Assembly: GCA_964035545.1 (NCBI GenBank)
Contig: OZ037768.1
Span: 8,092,741-8,156,740 of the forward strand
Direction of reading: 5' to 3'
Length of the DNA stretch: 64,000 nucleotides
Origin: Bugula neritina
Taxonomy: Eukaryota; Animalia; Bryozoa
A model generated the notes under the pieces. It was not told where the DNA came from. It worked only from the letters and a program-made list of their open reading frames with translations, and did no database searches. Shown in pieces: positions 51,031 through 64,000 of the stretch (position 1 is its first letter; every line of letters begins with the position of its first letter). Position numbers and translations under genes: made by a program.

Positions 51031-53464
51031 CGTTTTTACTTCTTAAATACACCGACAGTCGCAGTCACAATTGGAAAATTTACAATCTGAATCTAGTTAT
51101 ACTTATTCCACTTATTTTTTAAATTACTGGTTACATTTTACGACAATGAATTTTTCTGATATGCATCCGAATAACTAACAAAGGTTTAATATATATTATG
51201 ATTATATTTATAATTATTGCAATAAAATTAAATATAATATTATTAATATTATTATTAATATTAAATATTAAATTTAATATTGTTAATATAAATATTAATA
51301 AAATATTTGCAGCTAACACTTAACTTAACTGTTGACATTAACAGTAACAGTAACTGCAAGTCTAACTAACACACAGTAACAGTAACACTTACAGTTACAC
51401 TAGCAGTAGCGGTAAGTCTAAAAGAAAAAACACGTTGCAATATCATTATGATGATCATGATGATGATGATTATCAATATGATAAATTTTTATTTAAATTA
51501 AAATTGTTGAGTTTACATTAATGATTATTAATAATGATGATAAACAATAAAACTAACTGATACTCATACTCAGTCTCGTACTCATAGTGATAGTCATTGC
51601 CAAAGTATAAACTTGAAGACTTGAAACTTATGACAATTTTGAAGTTGAACATTAACATTAACAAATACTATTTTGATTTAGTCAATTAGATGTTATTTTC
51701 AGTGTTGCTAATACATCAGACTTGGTATTAGTATAACTCTATAACTATAAGTATTACATCTAGTTTTACTATTATTATAATTTTTCACTATTAGTGTTAT
51801 AGTCACAGTGACAATACTAGCAGTAGCACTAAGGTCTAAGAGACAGCAACTGTAAGTGTGACAATAGCCATTGTCACAATGCTGAAAGTGAAACTAAATG
51901 AGTGTCAGTGTGGGCTTAGAGTCAGATTTATTCCATTCCATTACAATGCTGTAGTTATAGTATTACTTGTAGTTGTAGTACTAGTACCTGAAACTCGGTC
52001 AAAGTAGCACTCATTCTTAGTCTTAAGTTTAACTCACTCTACATCTCAGAGCAGCTTCGATTGTGATAGTTTTATGTTTTCTGAGAATGACATTCTCGTT
52101 CTCATTACAGTTATTGGTTAGTTACTAACTTAAAGCTAGTAACTTGTTAAGTGGCGCTGACTACTTTAATGATAATTCGATTACACTAACACTCACAGTA
52201 TTAGTATTACTAATAATCATGATAATAATAATGATAACTTTTACATTATCTCTAACTGATGTGTAAACTCTTTAGTATTCATGAAAGCTAAATGGTAATG
52301 AAGGACAGTCAAAAACAATCACAATGATGATGGTGGCATTATTATGTTTTGTAGTTATTGTGATTATGATTTTTAGTTTTAGTTCATAGGCTTTTAATTA
52401 CTGCTAGTCGAAGTTATATTATTAAATGCATATAATAATACCACTATCAGATAGTTGCTATGTAAATGTAATAGTTCTGTTAGTATTGCTATTAGTATTA
52501 CTAACAATAAAATTATTAAAACTCTCATTTACTCACACTTAACTTATATTTTTTTAAGTTATCGACAAAAGTTATTTTATATCGTGGCTTAGACAGTAAA
52601 CTTGGACAAATTATTCAATTACTATTACTTCACTGTACTGTAACAATAAACTGTTATATTGTCAAATAAATTCAAAATATTATTTGTCAAAATTTACCTG
52701 TTTTTTGGAGGCAGATATAAATATTTGTGAACTCCATTTTTGCTCCCATGCTTATGCTTGGTAATTATAACCCTGTTTCTCCCTTGTTCTAAAAATGAGT
52801 ATTGGTAGGGAATATACTATGTGCTTCTGCCTTAGTTTCAAACTACAACTTGTTTTGCAAAAAACACTATCTGTATTATATTTGTTTTATGAAGCACCTT
52901 CCACTTTAAAGAGGTATTTCTTCAATGAGCATTATCATTACTCTTGGTAATTTTAAATTTCATTTTTTGTGATTATAAACTTTTTACCAATTAATTCATT
53001 TTATTATTACAAATAATCATGGTTTTGGTAAGATGTTCAAAGTTGAAATTTAATTTTTTTTTAGATTTAGCTAAATATTGTAAATCATCTCATGAATCTT
53101 TTATATCATTGATAACTTCTCACAGAAAATAAGTGCTGATATTGCATAGTTAGTGTTGGTTAATTATGACTTGTTATTTTAGCAAAACAACTTAGTAATG
53201 CTGACTTACATAAATAACTAATGACTTTCTGTTTTATTGGTTATGTTTCATTTGCGTTAAGCTAGGTTGCTGTGAAGTTCAGGATGTTGTTCTCGATTCA
53301 AGTGCATCCAAAATGCACACGAGCATAAGCCTTACAAGTTTCAGCCACTATTCTGTGTTTGAAGCTTGGTGTAAACCGATATTGAAACAGCATGATGGCG
53401 TCATGTTTGAAAGTTGTCACCTATCATTGGATTATTTGGAATGTCTCATATTTGTAGAGAGGCA

Positions 53465-56400
53465 ATGTCCAGTTTATTTTCCTTCATCCGTCATCGTTAT
53501 GACAAGATTAAGGGAGACACAGTCCATTCTCATCCAAAAGAGTCGGATTTCAGGCAGAAATTAAAGAAAGAACTCTATGAATACAACCAGGTGACTATTT
53601 AATTTCAACTCCTTTTAGCTCAACCCATCAGTCATGCTTTAAGATGATGACTAATGCATCTGTAAAACCGGCTACAGGTTTAGGATAATATATGTAGTCA
53701 TTGTTGTCAATGTAACACCCATATAACTACATATATTAATGGGTATCAAAGGACTATTGTCTTGTGAATGCCTAAATTGTTACTTGGTATAAATAATGTG
53801 GCTGTCACACAATATGGATACAACTACATACTCACTATTGAGGTATATTAGATCAATTTCATTGTGTTTAAAGCTGTAATTAACATGTCTATCAATTATT
53901 TTATCCAACAAGCCAAGAATCCATTGTTCTAGATTCTATTTGTCAGTGGGAAAATTTTGTTTAATCTTGTAATGAAAACTGTACATGTAGCCTTGTGCTG
54001 TTCATTTTATTTAAATGGGACTACATGCATATAGTGCATTCAACTTGATGTTCCCAAGTGTCAGTTATAAAGTCTCGCTATTTTAATTCCCAGGTATTGC
54101 ACCACGGTTTTCCTACAAAGCCCAGTGCCTTAGCATATGATCCCAGTTTACAGTTGCTAGCCATTGCTACAAAACACGGAGCTCTAAGAGTGTATCCTTT
54201 TTTTCTTATATATCTTCGTATTATAGAAAAGGTGTATGCAGCAGTGAGCATAATAGAGCACTGTATACCTCTTGGATGTATTTAGCATAACGTACCTAAT
54301 GATATGCATACAGAATTCTGTTTTGAACTGAAAAAGTAAATTAATAGGAAACTTGTTTTACTCAATAGTTTCCCCACTTTTTTCCTGTCCTCTGTTAGGT
54401 TAACTCATGTACACTCTCAACAAGGAAGTATGTTTGTGGGTAAACTTTGAATACTGTTCTTCTGCCCTCTTATACCTTTACAGACTAGAGAATATTAGGT
54501 TTATATATTATACACTTTATCACCAGTTGAAGAGGCTCATGATTGTCAGTAGTATTGATCTACTTGAAAAGTGTACTCTGCCATTCCATATAATATTGTC
54601 TTACGAGACCAATTAGGGTTTACACTCTACAATGCTGATTCTCATATTTCTTCACCGGGGTACATATAGTACTATATAGTATATATAGCGTCATGAATCA
54701 TCCCAGATTAGTCATGCATTAACTTTCACCTTGACTGTCGCACAATAGCAACTTTTGGTTGAATTGGGGGGACAATTTCCTCCCAGTAGATGACTCTTTG
54801 CAGTCAATCCCTTGCAACGATCAAATGGTCACTAATTTTAATTCCTGCATATAAATTTCTATAACTGTTTTACAATTTATGGACTTGAATTGATTCAAGA
54901 GTTGCTTTTTCATATAAGTTAAAGAGGTTTCCTCCAATATGTTAACATTGGTTTTACATGCGTTGTATTTTTGCCATCTCTGGTTGAAGTGTAGCCAGAT
55001 GTTGCTGTATCAAATATACTGCTTTATGAAACTGTTCCTTGACCAAGTGTATGCAGATACGGTGCTCCTGATGTGGAGTTTTGTTCCACACATGAGTCAG
55101 AAGAGACTGTGACGCAGCTTCTGTTTATTCCTGGAGAGGTAAGGAGAGATTACTCTGAGTTAAGTATAATAACCTAATCAGTTAGATATAAGCCTTTGTT
55201 TGAGCATGCATTACCTTCAGATAATCAACTAGAAGGAATGGATTGTTTTCAATGAGCTTGAACAAGAACAGTTGTACTTAGCCAGTTCTACTAAATATGC
55301 TACTGAGGATTGTGGGATATTGTAGGGGAGACTGGTTAGCTTGACATGCGATAATGTTCTACATCTATGGGAAATCAATTCAGATGACTTCAACTCAACC
55401 CTTGAAGAGAAGAAAACATTTGATGAGTTTACTTCGGATGGCAGGTTGTAACTGAGTAATACATCTACCAGTTGTATTCCACTAACTGTATAAATGTAGC
55501 TTTTAAGTTGCCCTATAAAGTATGTTGTTTATCATAGCTTTAGCTATAACATTCAGAATGCTTCTCTACACCCATTCGCCTTTTTATTACACTGTATTTA
55601 CATTGGGTTGTATTCCTTTTTTGTATAAATAGTTGATGTTGTTTACTGGTCCTAAGGAATTTCCTGTATAATCCACATTATTGGACATTCTCTATACAAA
55701 ACCCTCTTGCTCTTATTTATGCTTAATAATCTACCTGCCTGTTCCATATCTCGGGCTAATAAAGCATGATGTCATGGCTGATAATGATGCCCTTCACCCT
55801 ACAGGATGTGCATCTTGTGTTGTAGTAAACCAAAGGCAATATCTGTTATATCAATATTTGATAAGAAACTGTTGCTGGGCACAGAAGATGGTGACGTACA
55901 CTTACTGAATTTACACTCCTTTAAAATCACAGATCAGGTTATATCACAGGATGTCATCATGCAAAAGTAGGTTCTAGAAATTTATACTATCATTATAATA
56001 GCTGTTGCTTTAGTTGATGAGCAGGCCTGTTGTCTATCACTGTTGCCATAACAACAGGGTTTAGTTCTGTTAGCATCTGATAGTTCATAAGCCATCAACC
56101 TGCATGTGTCATTATTTCTAGATGCAATGTCAAAACATTGAGTTGGTTAATTTTAGATTTTAAACCAAATAGTGTTGAATCTACTTTTATATTCAAGATT
56201 ACAAAGTGCTGTTAATAACTGTGTAACTAGCATTTGTACATCTGCTGCTATCCTATTCCAGAGATTACATAATTTAGTGTAGGTTATGTGCTGTTTGTTT
56301 ACTTTGTTTACACTGTAATATGGCTATGCGGTTGTGCTACCTGCACAGATAGACTGTTGAGTCTATAGTAATATAATTAGACTGATTCATGCCACTAGCT

Positions 56401-59400
56401 TTCCCAGGCACAGCTCCATACAGTTACAAGGCTCTGTCTAAATTACCTTCTCTCACTTCTTGTAGTGTACCTGAAGACTGCAAGGTAGTCAGCACAGGTT
56501 CGGTGGAGGCCCTGCAAGCCCACCCTACTAGCAAAGATAAGGTGGGTTATGTGCTAACGCTAAGTCAACCTCCTCTCATAAAAAAAGTATTCATAACAAG
56601 TTCTGGATGGCTGCATCTGCAGAATATTGTGTTGTGCTCTCATTATAATAATTATTGTTTCTCTGGTCAATGGTATGTGTATGTGCATGAAGTGCGTAGG
56701 CAGACCTCTTATTCATAATTATGGAAATGTTTCATTACGTGATTCATTGTGCTGTAGTTAGTGAATGCTGCTATACTTTTTATACCTATTTGTTGTCAGC
56801 TTTAATTAAATATAGATTTTAATAAGGCAGCTGCGAGGTCTCTTCTGATGCTGTTATCCTTGTAATGAGTAGACAGCAATACTTGACATGACACAAGTAT
56901 TATCACTATGCAGTTCACAGCTTCTCGTCTATACTCATTCTTCTCATCTATACAAGCTGTTAGTCCTACATCAGGCTGTCTAGAGTCTAGATGATATTTT
57001 CAAAATATATTCCTTGATACTCATGTAGGGGTTTAAATGTGTAGGTATATGGTAATATGTTAGTATTATAAATGATCAGCTCCCAGGTGATATTGAGGGG
57101 GGGGGATTTAATGACCACAATTTATTTTTAAATTTTCTCTAGTTGTGAGTTTACATAATGCAGCGCAGTTGAAAGTGTCTTTTCATATTGTACTGCAGTA
57201 TATATCAAGTGTTTATTAAAATGGCTGTATTATTTTAATCTGTTGATAGTTAGGAGTGACTAGCCCTCGAAGGACTACTTATATGACTAGAGACTGTATA
57301 GTGTGTACTGTATAGTGTGTACTGTATAGTGTGTACTGTATAGTGTGTACTATCTAGTGTGTTCTGTATAGTGTGTACTGTATAGTGTATGTAGATTGTA
57401 GTTTTGACAGTCCATATTCATCTACAGTTTTATGATTGATGCACACATATCAGTCACTCCCAATTTGTTCAATTTCTGGAATATTGCCAGTCAAATTATT
57501 TATTAATAACAAATTACATTATTTATTTTGGAGCTACTCTGCTAAGTCTAACTTTATCTACTTAAAACCCAGCAAAATGATTGTTGTATGTATAATATAT
57601 TCAAATAGTTGTTGTATATTGTACATATATAATATTATGTTCGCACAAGTTATTCTAATGCAGCAAAGAAACATGTTTACACAAGGCCTGGTTTGTTTTA
57701 ATTTACTCTATAAGTAGAAATGTGTTTTTACCAAATCAGGTGCAAGTATGTAGGGTGTAGGTATACTCCATGATCGAATGAATACACTATAATTTAAGTA
57801 GGTACCCTTTACATGCATGTAGGTACATTTTGCATGTATGTAGCTACACTGTACAATGTACATGTTAGCATCAAGTATTTATCATTAGGCTGTATAAAGT
57901 GCTTTTATTATATCTTGTAGTTTCTGATTGGATATGACAGAGGTTTGATAGTCTTGTGGGACTTGAAAGAAAACAAAGCTGATGTAACATTTAACGCCTC
58001 TCAGGTGGGTTTGTAGTGGATATCTTATCAGCTGCTAGTAGCTTCTTACTAAGTATGCATAGCATGGGCTATCCTCTTCTCTATCTTTGATATATGATAC
58101 CTTATTTTGGAATAAGTTTGGCTGCAGTGTGGGTTATTATGATGGTATATTATGTAATCCCAAAGAACTTTAAAGTTACATCTATTCACGGCTCAATTTT
58201 TAATTTGTGTTATTGAATTCCTAACACTAAATTTATGCATTATTAAATTATTCATATTATTGCTAAATACAACTGCAGGATAGTATGCTGGAGCATATGG
58301 GTTTTGTACTAAATTGTGTTCACACATGTTTTAAATTAATTCAGAATGATGGTTCACTTTGCTGGTATATTTAAAACACAGGCTATACATGTTTATATAC
58401 GATTTGCTCATGGAAAGGTAACTTCTCCTGTTAGCTTCAACTTGCTCCAATGACCTTTGAAATATTTTTTGTAAAACTAGGTTTTGACATTTTAATCACA
58501 TTTTACTGATTATTATATTGGGAAACAATGACATGGTTAAGCTAAAAAGTTGACTATAAACAATCCCATCCTCACCATAATTGATCTACTGAACTGAGTA
58601 GTTACGCCCTCTCAGTTTGACCTTGACTTTGTATGCATACTCCAATGTAGTATAGCTGCTGCATTAAATATTGCCACTTGTATATAGATCTCCATGAAAT
58701 GCTCTGTGTATTGATATAGTCATTGTTATTAACCAACTATCGGGTGATGATGAAGTATTTCATATTTTATTTGATTTTTATGTCTTATGTATTCCCTCTT
58801 TTCCTTTCCATAGGCTATTGTATGTAAGCACTATTTTTTAGACTAAGCATGTTTTAATAATTAACAACTAGATCCAGTGCAAGGTCGTAGTTATTATAAA
58901 TTTGTTGTTTTCAATCTTAAAAGATAAACTTGTTTGGCATAGTCATACTGTTTAATCATCAGGTTGGCGATTATATGCACAGCATCTAGGCAGTTTCTAT
59001 TTAAAGTCTAAAATCCTGATTAGATTTTCTTTTAATGCCTTATGGACTATTAAGTTTTATTGACAAATATAATTAAAAATGTAATTTTAATGGATAAAAA
59101 GTAATTAAGTAGTATTACTGGGGTATTCGCAAAGTTTTGTGTTGGAATAGCTTTCATATGCCTGGTTGTTATTCTTTGATGAACTATTGGGTTGAATTTG
59201 TGTGTTTTATGTATACATACTCTAGTGGTTGGCAGCTGCACTCTGGGTGTAACTCATCACCCTGTAATACGTAATGAAAATCCTACTATATTTTGTGTTG
59301 TTTTCAGCAATTGGAATCTTTATGCTGGAATAGAAATGGCAAAGAATTTCTCTCTTCACATTCAGACGGTAGTTATGTTCACTGGGTGGTGGATGATGGT

Positions 59401-62400
59401 AACCAACCTAAAGAAGAGTGTATACCATATGGTAAAGTGTTGTAACACAAGTCTATTCTCTCCCTGCCTGTGTATATACATGTATCACATAAGTCATAAA
59501 GCCTCTAGCTATGTAATGTAACTGTTTTTCGTTCAGTAAATTTCCTTATATCTTCATATAAAAGCAGTGATTTTAAAGATGTTTGTGGTTGGCAGCAAAT
59601 AGTTTTTCCTCTCAACAACTCACATAATTGTATTGTACTCGTATAACTGTAGGCCCTTTCCCATGTAAAGCTATACCCAAGATAGACTGGAAGACAGCTG
59701 AAGGGTTAGTAAATCATATTGTTACTTTATTAGAGTATTTTTCTCTTGCATAGCTTATACATGGCTTAGTTTTCTTGACAATCCCAATTAACATACCGTT
59801 TTTTATCATTGAAGCATTAGCCAGGGGACATAGTGTAATGAATGGAGGCCTTTACTATGTATAGACAACTGCATCTACTCAGAGCTGGCAGTGCTAATTT
59901 TCCTCTCCTCGCCATAAAGTTTACAGTACTAACTGCTTTGTGTGTTGTGTTTGCCACTGGTTACGTCATCACTGTCACAAGTTCTGCTGTTCTGTGTAGA
60001 GACAACGAGCCGTTCATGATATTCTCCGGTGGCATGGCGCGTGGCAGTTATGGTGACAAGTTCACTGTGTCAGTTATACAGGGAGAGAAACACGTCACGT
60101 TTGACTTTACGTCACGAGTTCTTGACTACACAGTATTATGTAAAGCTGATGAAGAGCCGAATGACCCGGGTGAGTTGTCTCCACATAACTTGGTATTGCC
60201 ACGTGCATCTAGTTACTGTGAGTGTTGTATAACACATGGTATGTGTCATAACTCTATCTATCTGGTTTCTCCGGTTGTCTTAGTTCTTACTCATTTCAAC
60301 CAAATGCTTAGCTGTATTCTCACACTGGTGAACAAATTTCCTCTTCACTGTTGAGCATATACACCAAAACAACTGTTTAGAATATACACTACAGCTGTTT
60401 AGAATATACAGCAAAACAACTGTTTAGAATATACACCACAACAACTGTTTAGAATATACACCACAACAAACGCTGTTTAAGGCGCTTGTGAATTCTCCTT
60501 CACATTTTCTACTCTGTGTTGCAGGTTTGGAAGCTGGTAGTGTTAGAGATATCCCACACTCTATAATCGTATTACTTGAGGAGGAGATAGTGGCTATAGA
60601 CTTGCTGTCTAATGGCTGGCCTCCATTCCGGCTGCCATACGGGAACAGGTAGCACTTTCTTTATCATTAGCACTAGTTCGAAGTATACTGTTTGCACATT
60701 TGTTGTATTGTTGATTAGTGTATGGTACTAACACTGACACTGAATGTCTATATTCACAACTTATTAGCATTATACCAAGCTATGATCTTTTATCTACACA
60801 CATTATACATGTATTATCATGTACGTGATTCAACTGTTAACATTGTGTATGATTACCTGTAGTATACACGCCTCAGCTATAACGGCTTCCTCACACGTCA
60901 GTAACGTACCAGAGAGTCTGTGGAAGAAGATAATAGATGCTGGCAATCAACTTTTCTCCTCCTACTCTAAGAGGGTGGGTTTCTAGACATCTGTCAAAGC
61001 TGCTAGACTTACTAAAACAAACGGTGTCCTCCTTTATAAGCTGCATCTTGTGCCATTTAAACATTTCAAGTGGAATCATTTGTTTTGACTGCTAAAGATA
61101 TACATGTAGATATGAATAGCTGAAAATAGTTGCTTGAACATTTTTAAGCAGTTTCTTAAGGCATTGGCATACAAGAAATTTATGATTGTGTGTTACAGTT
61201 GACCCATCATACTGGTCTATGCTAAGCTGAGTAATGCAAGCAACAGAGCCGTTGCTTTTTCTCATGACATAAATCAAAGGAATTTTGGCATTTCACAAAT
61301 GATTTGAATGTTGATTAGAATCACAGTGCTGCTGGCGGTAGTGAAACTGGAATAAACTGTTAACTGCCCATGTATACTGAGTTTTGTGTGCAGGAGTGGC
61401 CCATCAGAGGTGGAGAGAAGCAGGAGACCAGAAAGAGCCGAGACATCCTGCTGACTGGCCATGAAGACGGCAGCGTGAAGTTCTGGAACGTGAGTTCAGT
61501 GTCCATGGAACTGATGTACAAAGTTAACACAGCCAGCTACTTCGAGGAGGGATTCACTGAGAGTGGTAAAACTTTATTCAATTAGCAATTTATGGTACTT
61601 TGCAAGCTTGTTATTTCAATGTTCTCAGTTTGGTGTCTCTGAAATAATTGAAAAATTGTAAGAAATTGTCATTTGCCAAATAAATTGATGTAAAATTCAA
61701 CGTTGGGAAATAATTTGACTTTGAATTATAACTGTTCATATTTTAAAACTGGCGACACTAAATAGTCAGGAAAAAATGCAGCTAGTTGACTATTGCAGCT
61801 CATACGCCATGCAATGTGCTGTGTTTACTTTTTGAGTTGTGTTCACTACATGCAGATGGTGATGTTTCAGATGATGCTGGCGGTATCAGAGAACCAAGTA
61901 AGGCTATAACTTAACTGAAGTGTGTATGTCATGACCAGGGGGTGCCTCTTGTTATCTAATAACCCTTGACATGACTACACCACTGGCGTGGGCCTGCCTG
62001 TTCAATCCAGCTTTAACGCTCTTGTGTCATACTGCCACTTGATTTGCTTGAGGCATGCCATGGCTTTACATTATTTAGTTCAGTAAGAGATTGGAAGTGT
62101 TTGGAATGGAATTCCAGTAACAAATGTATGACACAGAGCTCTGTTAACCTTTTAAACAAACCATGCAACTGGTGAGCATGAAACTGATGGCTTCCCTATT
62201 TACAGGAGTGTTAACTGCACTGTTTCAGCTGTATTAGATTAGAATCTTGCTTTGACCAGACTTAATAATTTGGTGTTAAGCTCTACCCTTAGATGTTCGA
62301 AGCTGGTGGCTTTGTTTGGTCGAGTATGAACTCTGAATAATCACTGCTAATCTTTCTGTCAGGACATCTGTTGAGGCTGAATTTCTCTTGAAGTTGAGAT

Positions 62401-63864
62401 GCTGCCTATAATTTGTCTAGTCTAATTCAGCACAGTTTTATAGCACAGTTGCTGCTTGTTTTTTAGCTGAAGATGAAGAGCCATTTCGAAAAATAGGTCA
62501 TTTTGACCCATATACAGATGACCCGAGACTAGGCGTGCAGCGGATATTTCTGTGCCCTGTCAGCGATATCCTAGTGGTGGCTGGCACGGCCGGGCAGGTG
62601 ATTGTCCTGCAGATGGAGAGAGAACAGAGGGAACTTGACATCAAAGTATGTCATTGCTGTGACACAAACTACATTCATGAACAGTCTTATTTCCTGAGAA
62701 TATTGAAACATGTATTCTGAACTGGGGATGGTGTTTGTTATTTCTATGTTGTTAGCCCTAAGAAAACTTGTATATGAGAATAGTGTACTTGTATAGAATA
62801 TAGAGGAAATGTAGCATTTATTATATACTCCTTTGTTTGTAAATTTACTTTTATTTTGCTATGTTGTCAGCTCTATGAAAACTTTTGTATGGTGATAATG
62901 TGAAAGATATGCAATAGTTGGTGCTTGCATACAATATAGAAGAGTTGTAATCTTTTTACTCTACTCCTTAGTCTATAAGATTATCCTCCACCTGACTTAC
63001 TGTTGTTCACCAATTATTAAGGTTAGTAAAGTGAACCTAGTTGGAGACAGGGACAACTTTGTATGGAAGGGCCACAGTAGCCTAACAGTGGTGTCAGGTG
63101 ATGTCAGGTATAACCAGGGTTTCCAGCCACAGTGTATTCTACAGATGTCTCCCCCGGCAGCCTGCACTGCTCTCTCCGTACACACAGAATGGCAACTGTA
63201 AGTTCATGGTATTGCCGCTCACTCACTTTTGGTTGTTATGTCTTGTTAGAGAGAGAGAATGAACTGTGTTAGTCTAATGTTTGTAACTGGTAGTCTAATG
63301 CCTTGCCTTGAACTACTATTTCGTTTTATTCAAACTTGAATATTGCACTTGGTTTTGGTATTGCAAATGATCAGTATTTTTGGACAGTATGTTACATCGA
63401 ATACGTGACCAGGTCAGGGCATAGTAAGCTATAAGAACTTGACATACTACTGGGAAAAAATTTCTCATTTTGTCATTAAAGTTTTTACCACAAATATTAT
63501 GTATTGGTAAACGTAGGTTAGACTAAGTGCTGATAACTTCAACCTCAAACTTGACGCTAAAAGTTTTCACTTTAAGAGATGGAATGTTTCATAGCTAATA
63601 TAAATCTATGTATTTCTGTTTCAGATTGTCAGCGGGAACGGCGCATGGCTTCTGTCTGTTTGACTTCTGTCAGCGTAGATCAATATCTGCGACATGTACG
63701 CTCAGCGCAACGGAAACTTCAGCTACTGACGACTCCAGCATGTCTCGCAGGAAGTCATTTAAAAAATCACTTCGTGAGAGTTTCAGGCGCTTGAGGCGGA
63801 GGCGGTCCATGGGAAAAAGTAAAAAAGAATCCGGTGCATCTAATAGACTACAGGAAATGAAATC
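53465..63864 (+). CDS. LLGL: Lethal(2) giant larvae homolog (WD40 polarity protein), 3'-partial
   Basis: Exons 53465-53590, 54094-54191, 55057-55138, 55326-55444, 55826-55966, 56466-56541, 57921-58004, 59308-59431, 59653-59704, 60000-60169, 60525-60648, 60863-60974, 61394-61565, 61856-61897, 62467-62645, 63022-63197, 63625-63864; continues beyond the window. Motifs [83 protein letters not shown] and the polybasic aPKC-site region [18 protein letters not shown]. An alternative in-frame ATG lies at 53441. Confidence 0.96.
54192..55056 (+). other. U12-type (minor spliceosome) GT-AG intron in lgl
   Basis: 5' site GTATCCTTT at 54192; branch consensus TTCCTTGAC at 55035-55043, 13 nt before the intron end at 55056; no polypyrimidine tract; splicing restores ALRV-YGAP. 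Confidence 0.92.
57294..57389. repeat. 14-bp minisatellite (ctgtatagtgtgta) x~7
   Basis: Directly visible in an lgl intron. Confidence 0.9.
60355..60478. repeat. ~25-bp minisatellite (aatatacaccacaacaactgtttag) x~5
   Basis: Directly visible in an lgl intron. Confidence 0.88.
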
Positions 63865-63868
63865 GTGA

Positions 63869-64000
63869 GTTGCTGTGTGTATAGTTACTGTGTGTATAGT
63901 TACTGTATGTATAGTTACTGTGTGTGTAGTTACTGTGTATAGTTACTGTGTGTGTAGTTACTGTGTGTATAGTTACTGTATGTATAGTTACTGTGTGTGT
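63869..64000. repeat. ~15-bp minisatellite (gttactgtgtgtata)n
   Basis: Starts within the splice donor and runs to the window end. Confidence 0.92.

Noticed and set aside
60493-60524. U12 branch-like TTCTCCTTCAC before an lgl acceptor
   Set aside because: The matching donor (GTGAGT at 60170) is U2-type and the motif is part of an ordinary pyrimidine tract.

Overview
AT-rich, intron-containing genomic DNA of an invertebrate animal (probably lophotrochozoan; the species cannot be determined from the sequence). 1-33 kb is a cluster of divergent ADAM/reprolysin (M12B) genes, labelled A-E here. One (D, - strand) has an intact HExGHxxGxxH zinc motif. Two (A and E, + strand) are catalytically dead, and E stops right after its Cys-rich domain, giving a secreted architecture. 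Two (B and C) are truncated pseudogenes flanking a ~14 kb island. The island holds an intact, spliced KRBA2/SCAND3/Ginger-type integrase gene with a degenerate DDE triad, followed by a ~6 kb array of ~770-bp units rich in 32-bp palindromes; older relics of the same unit lie upstream of the gene. 34-64 kb holds four conserved genes: an alpha-1-adrenergic-like GPCR (-), MPHOSPH6 (-), IFT70/TTC30 (-) and lethal giant larvae (+, runs off the window, contains a U12-type intron). The first introns of the last three genes carry a degenerate 6-bp-periodic sequence. All exon models were spliced by hand from splice signals, phase continuity and recalled family motifs; no database search was run.
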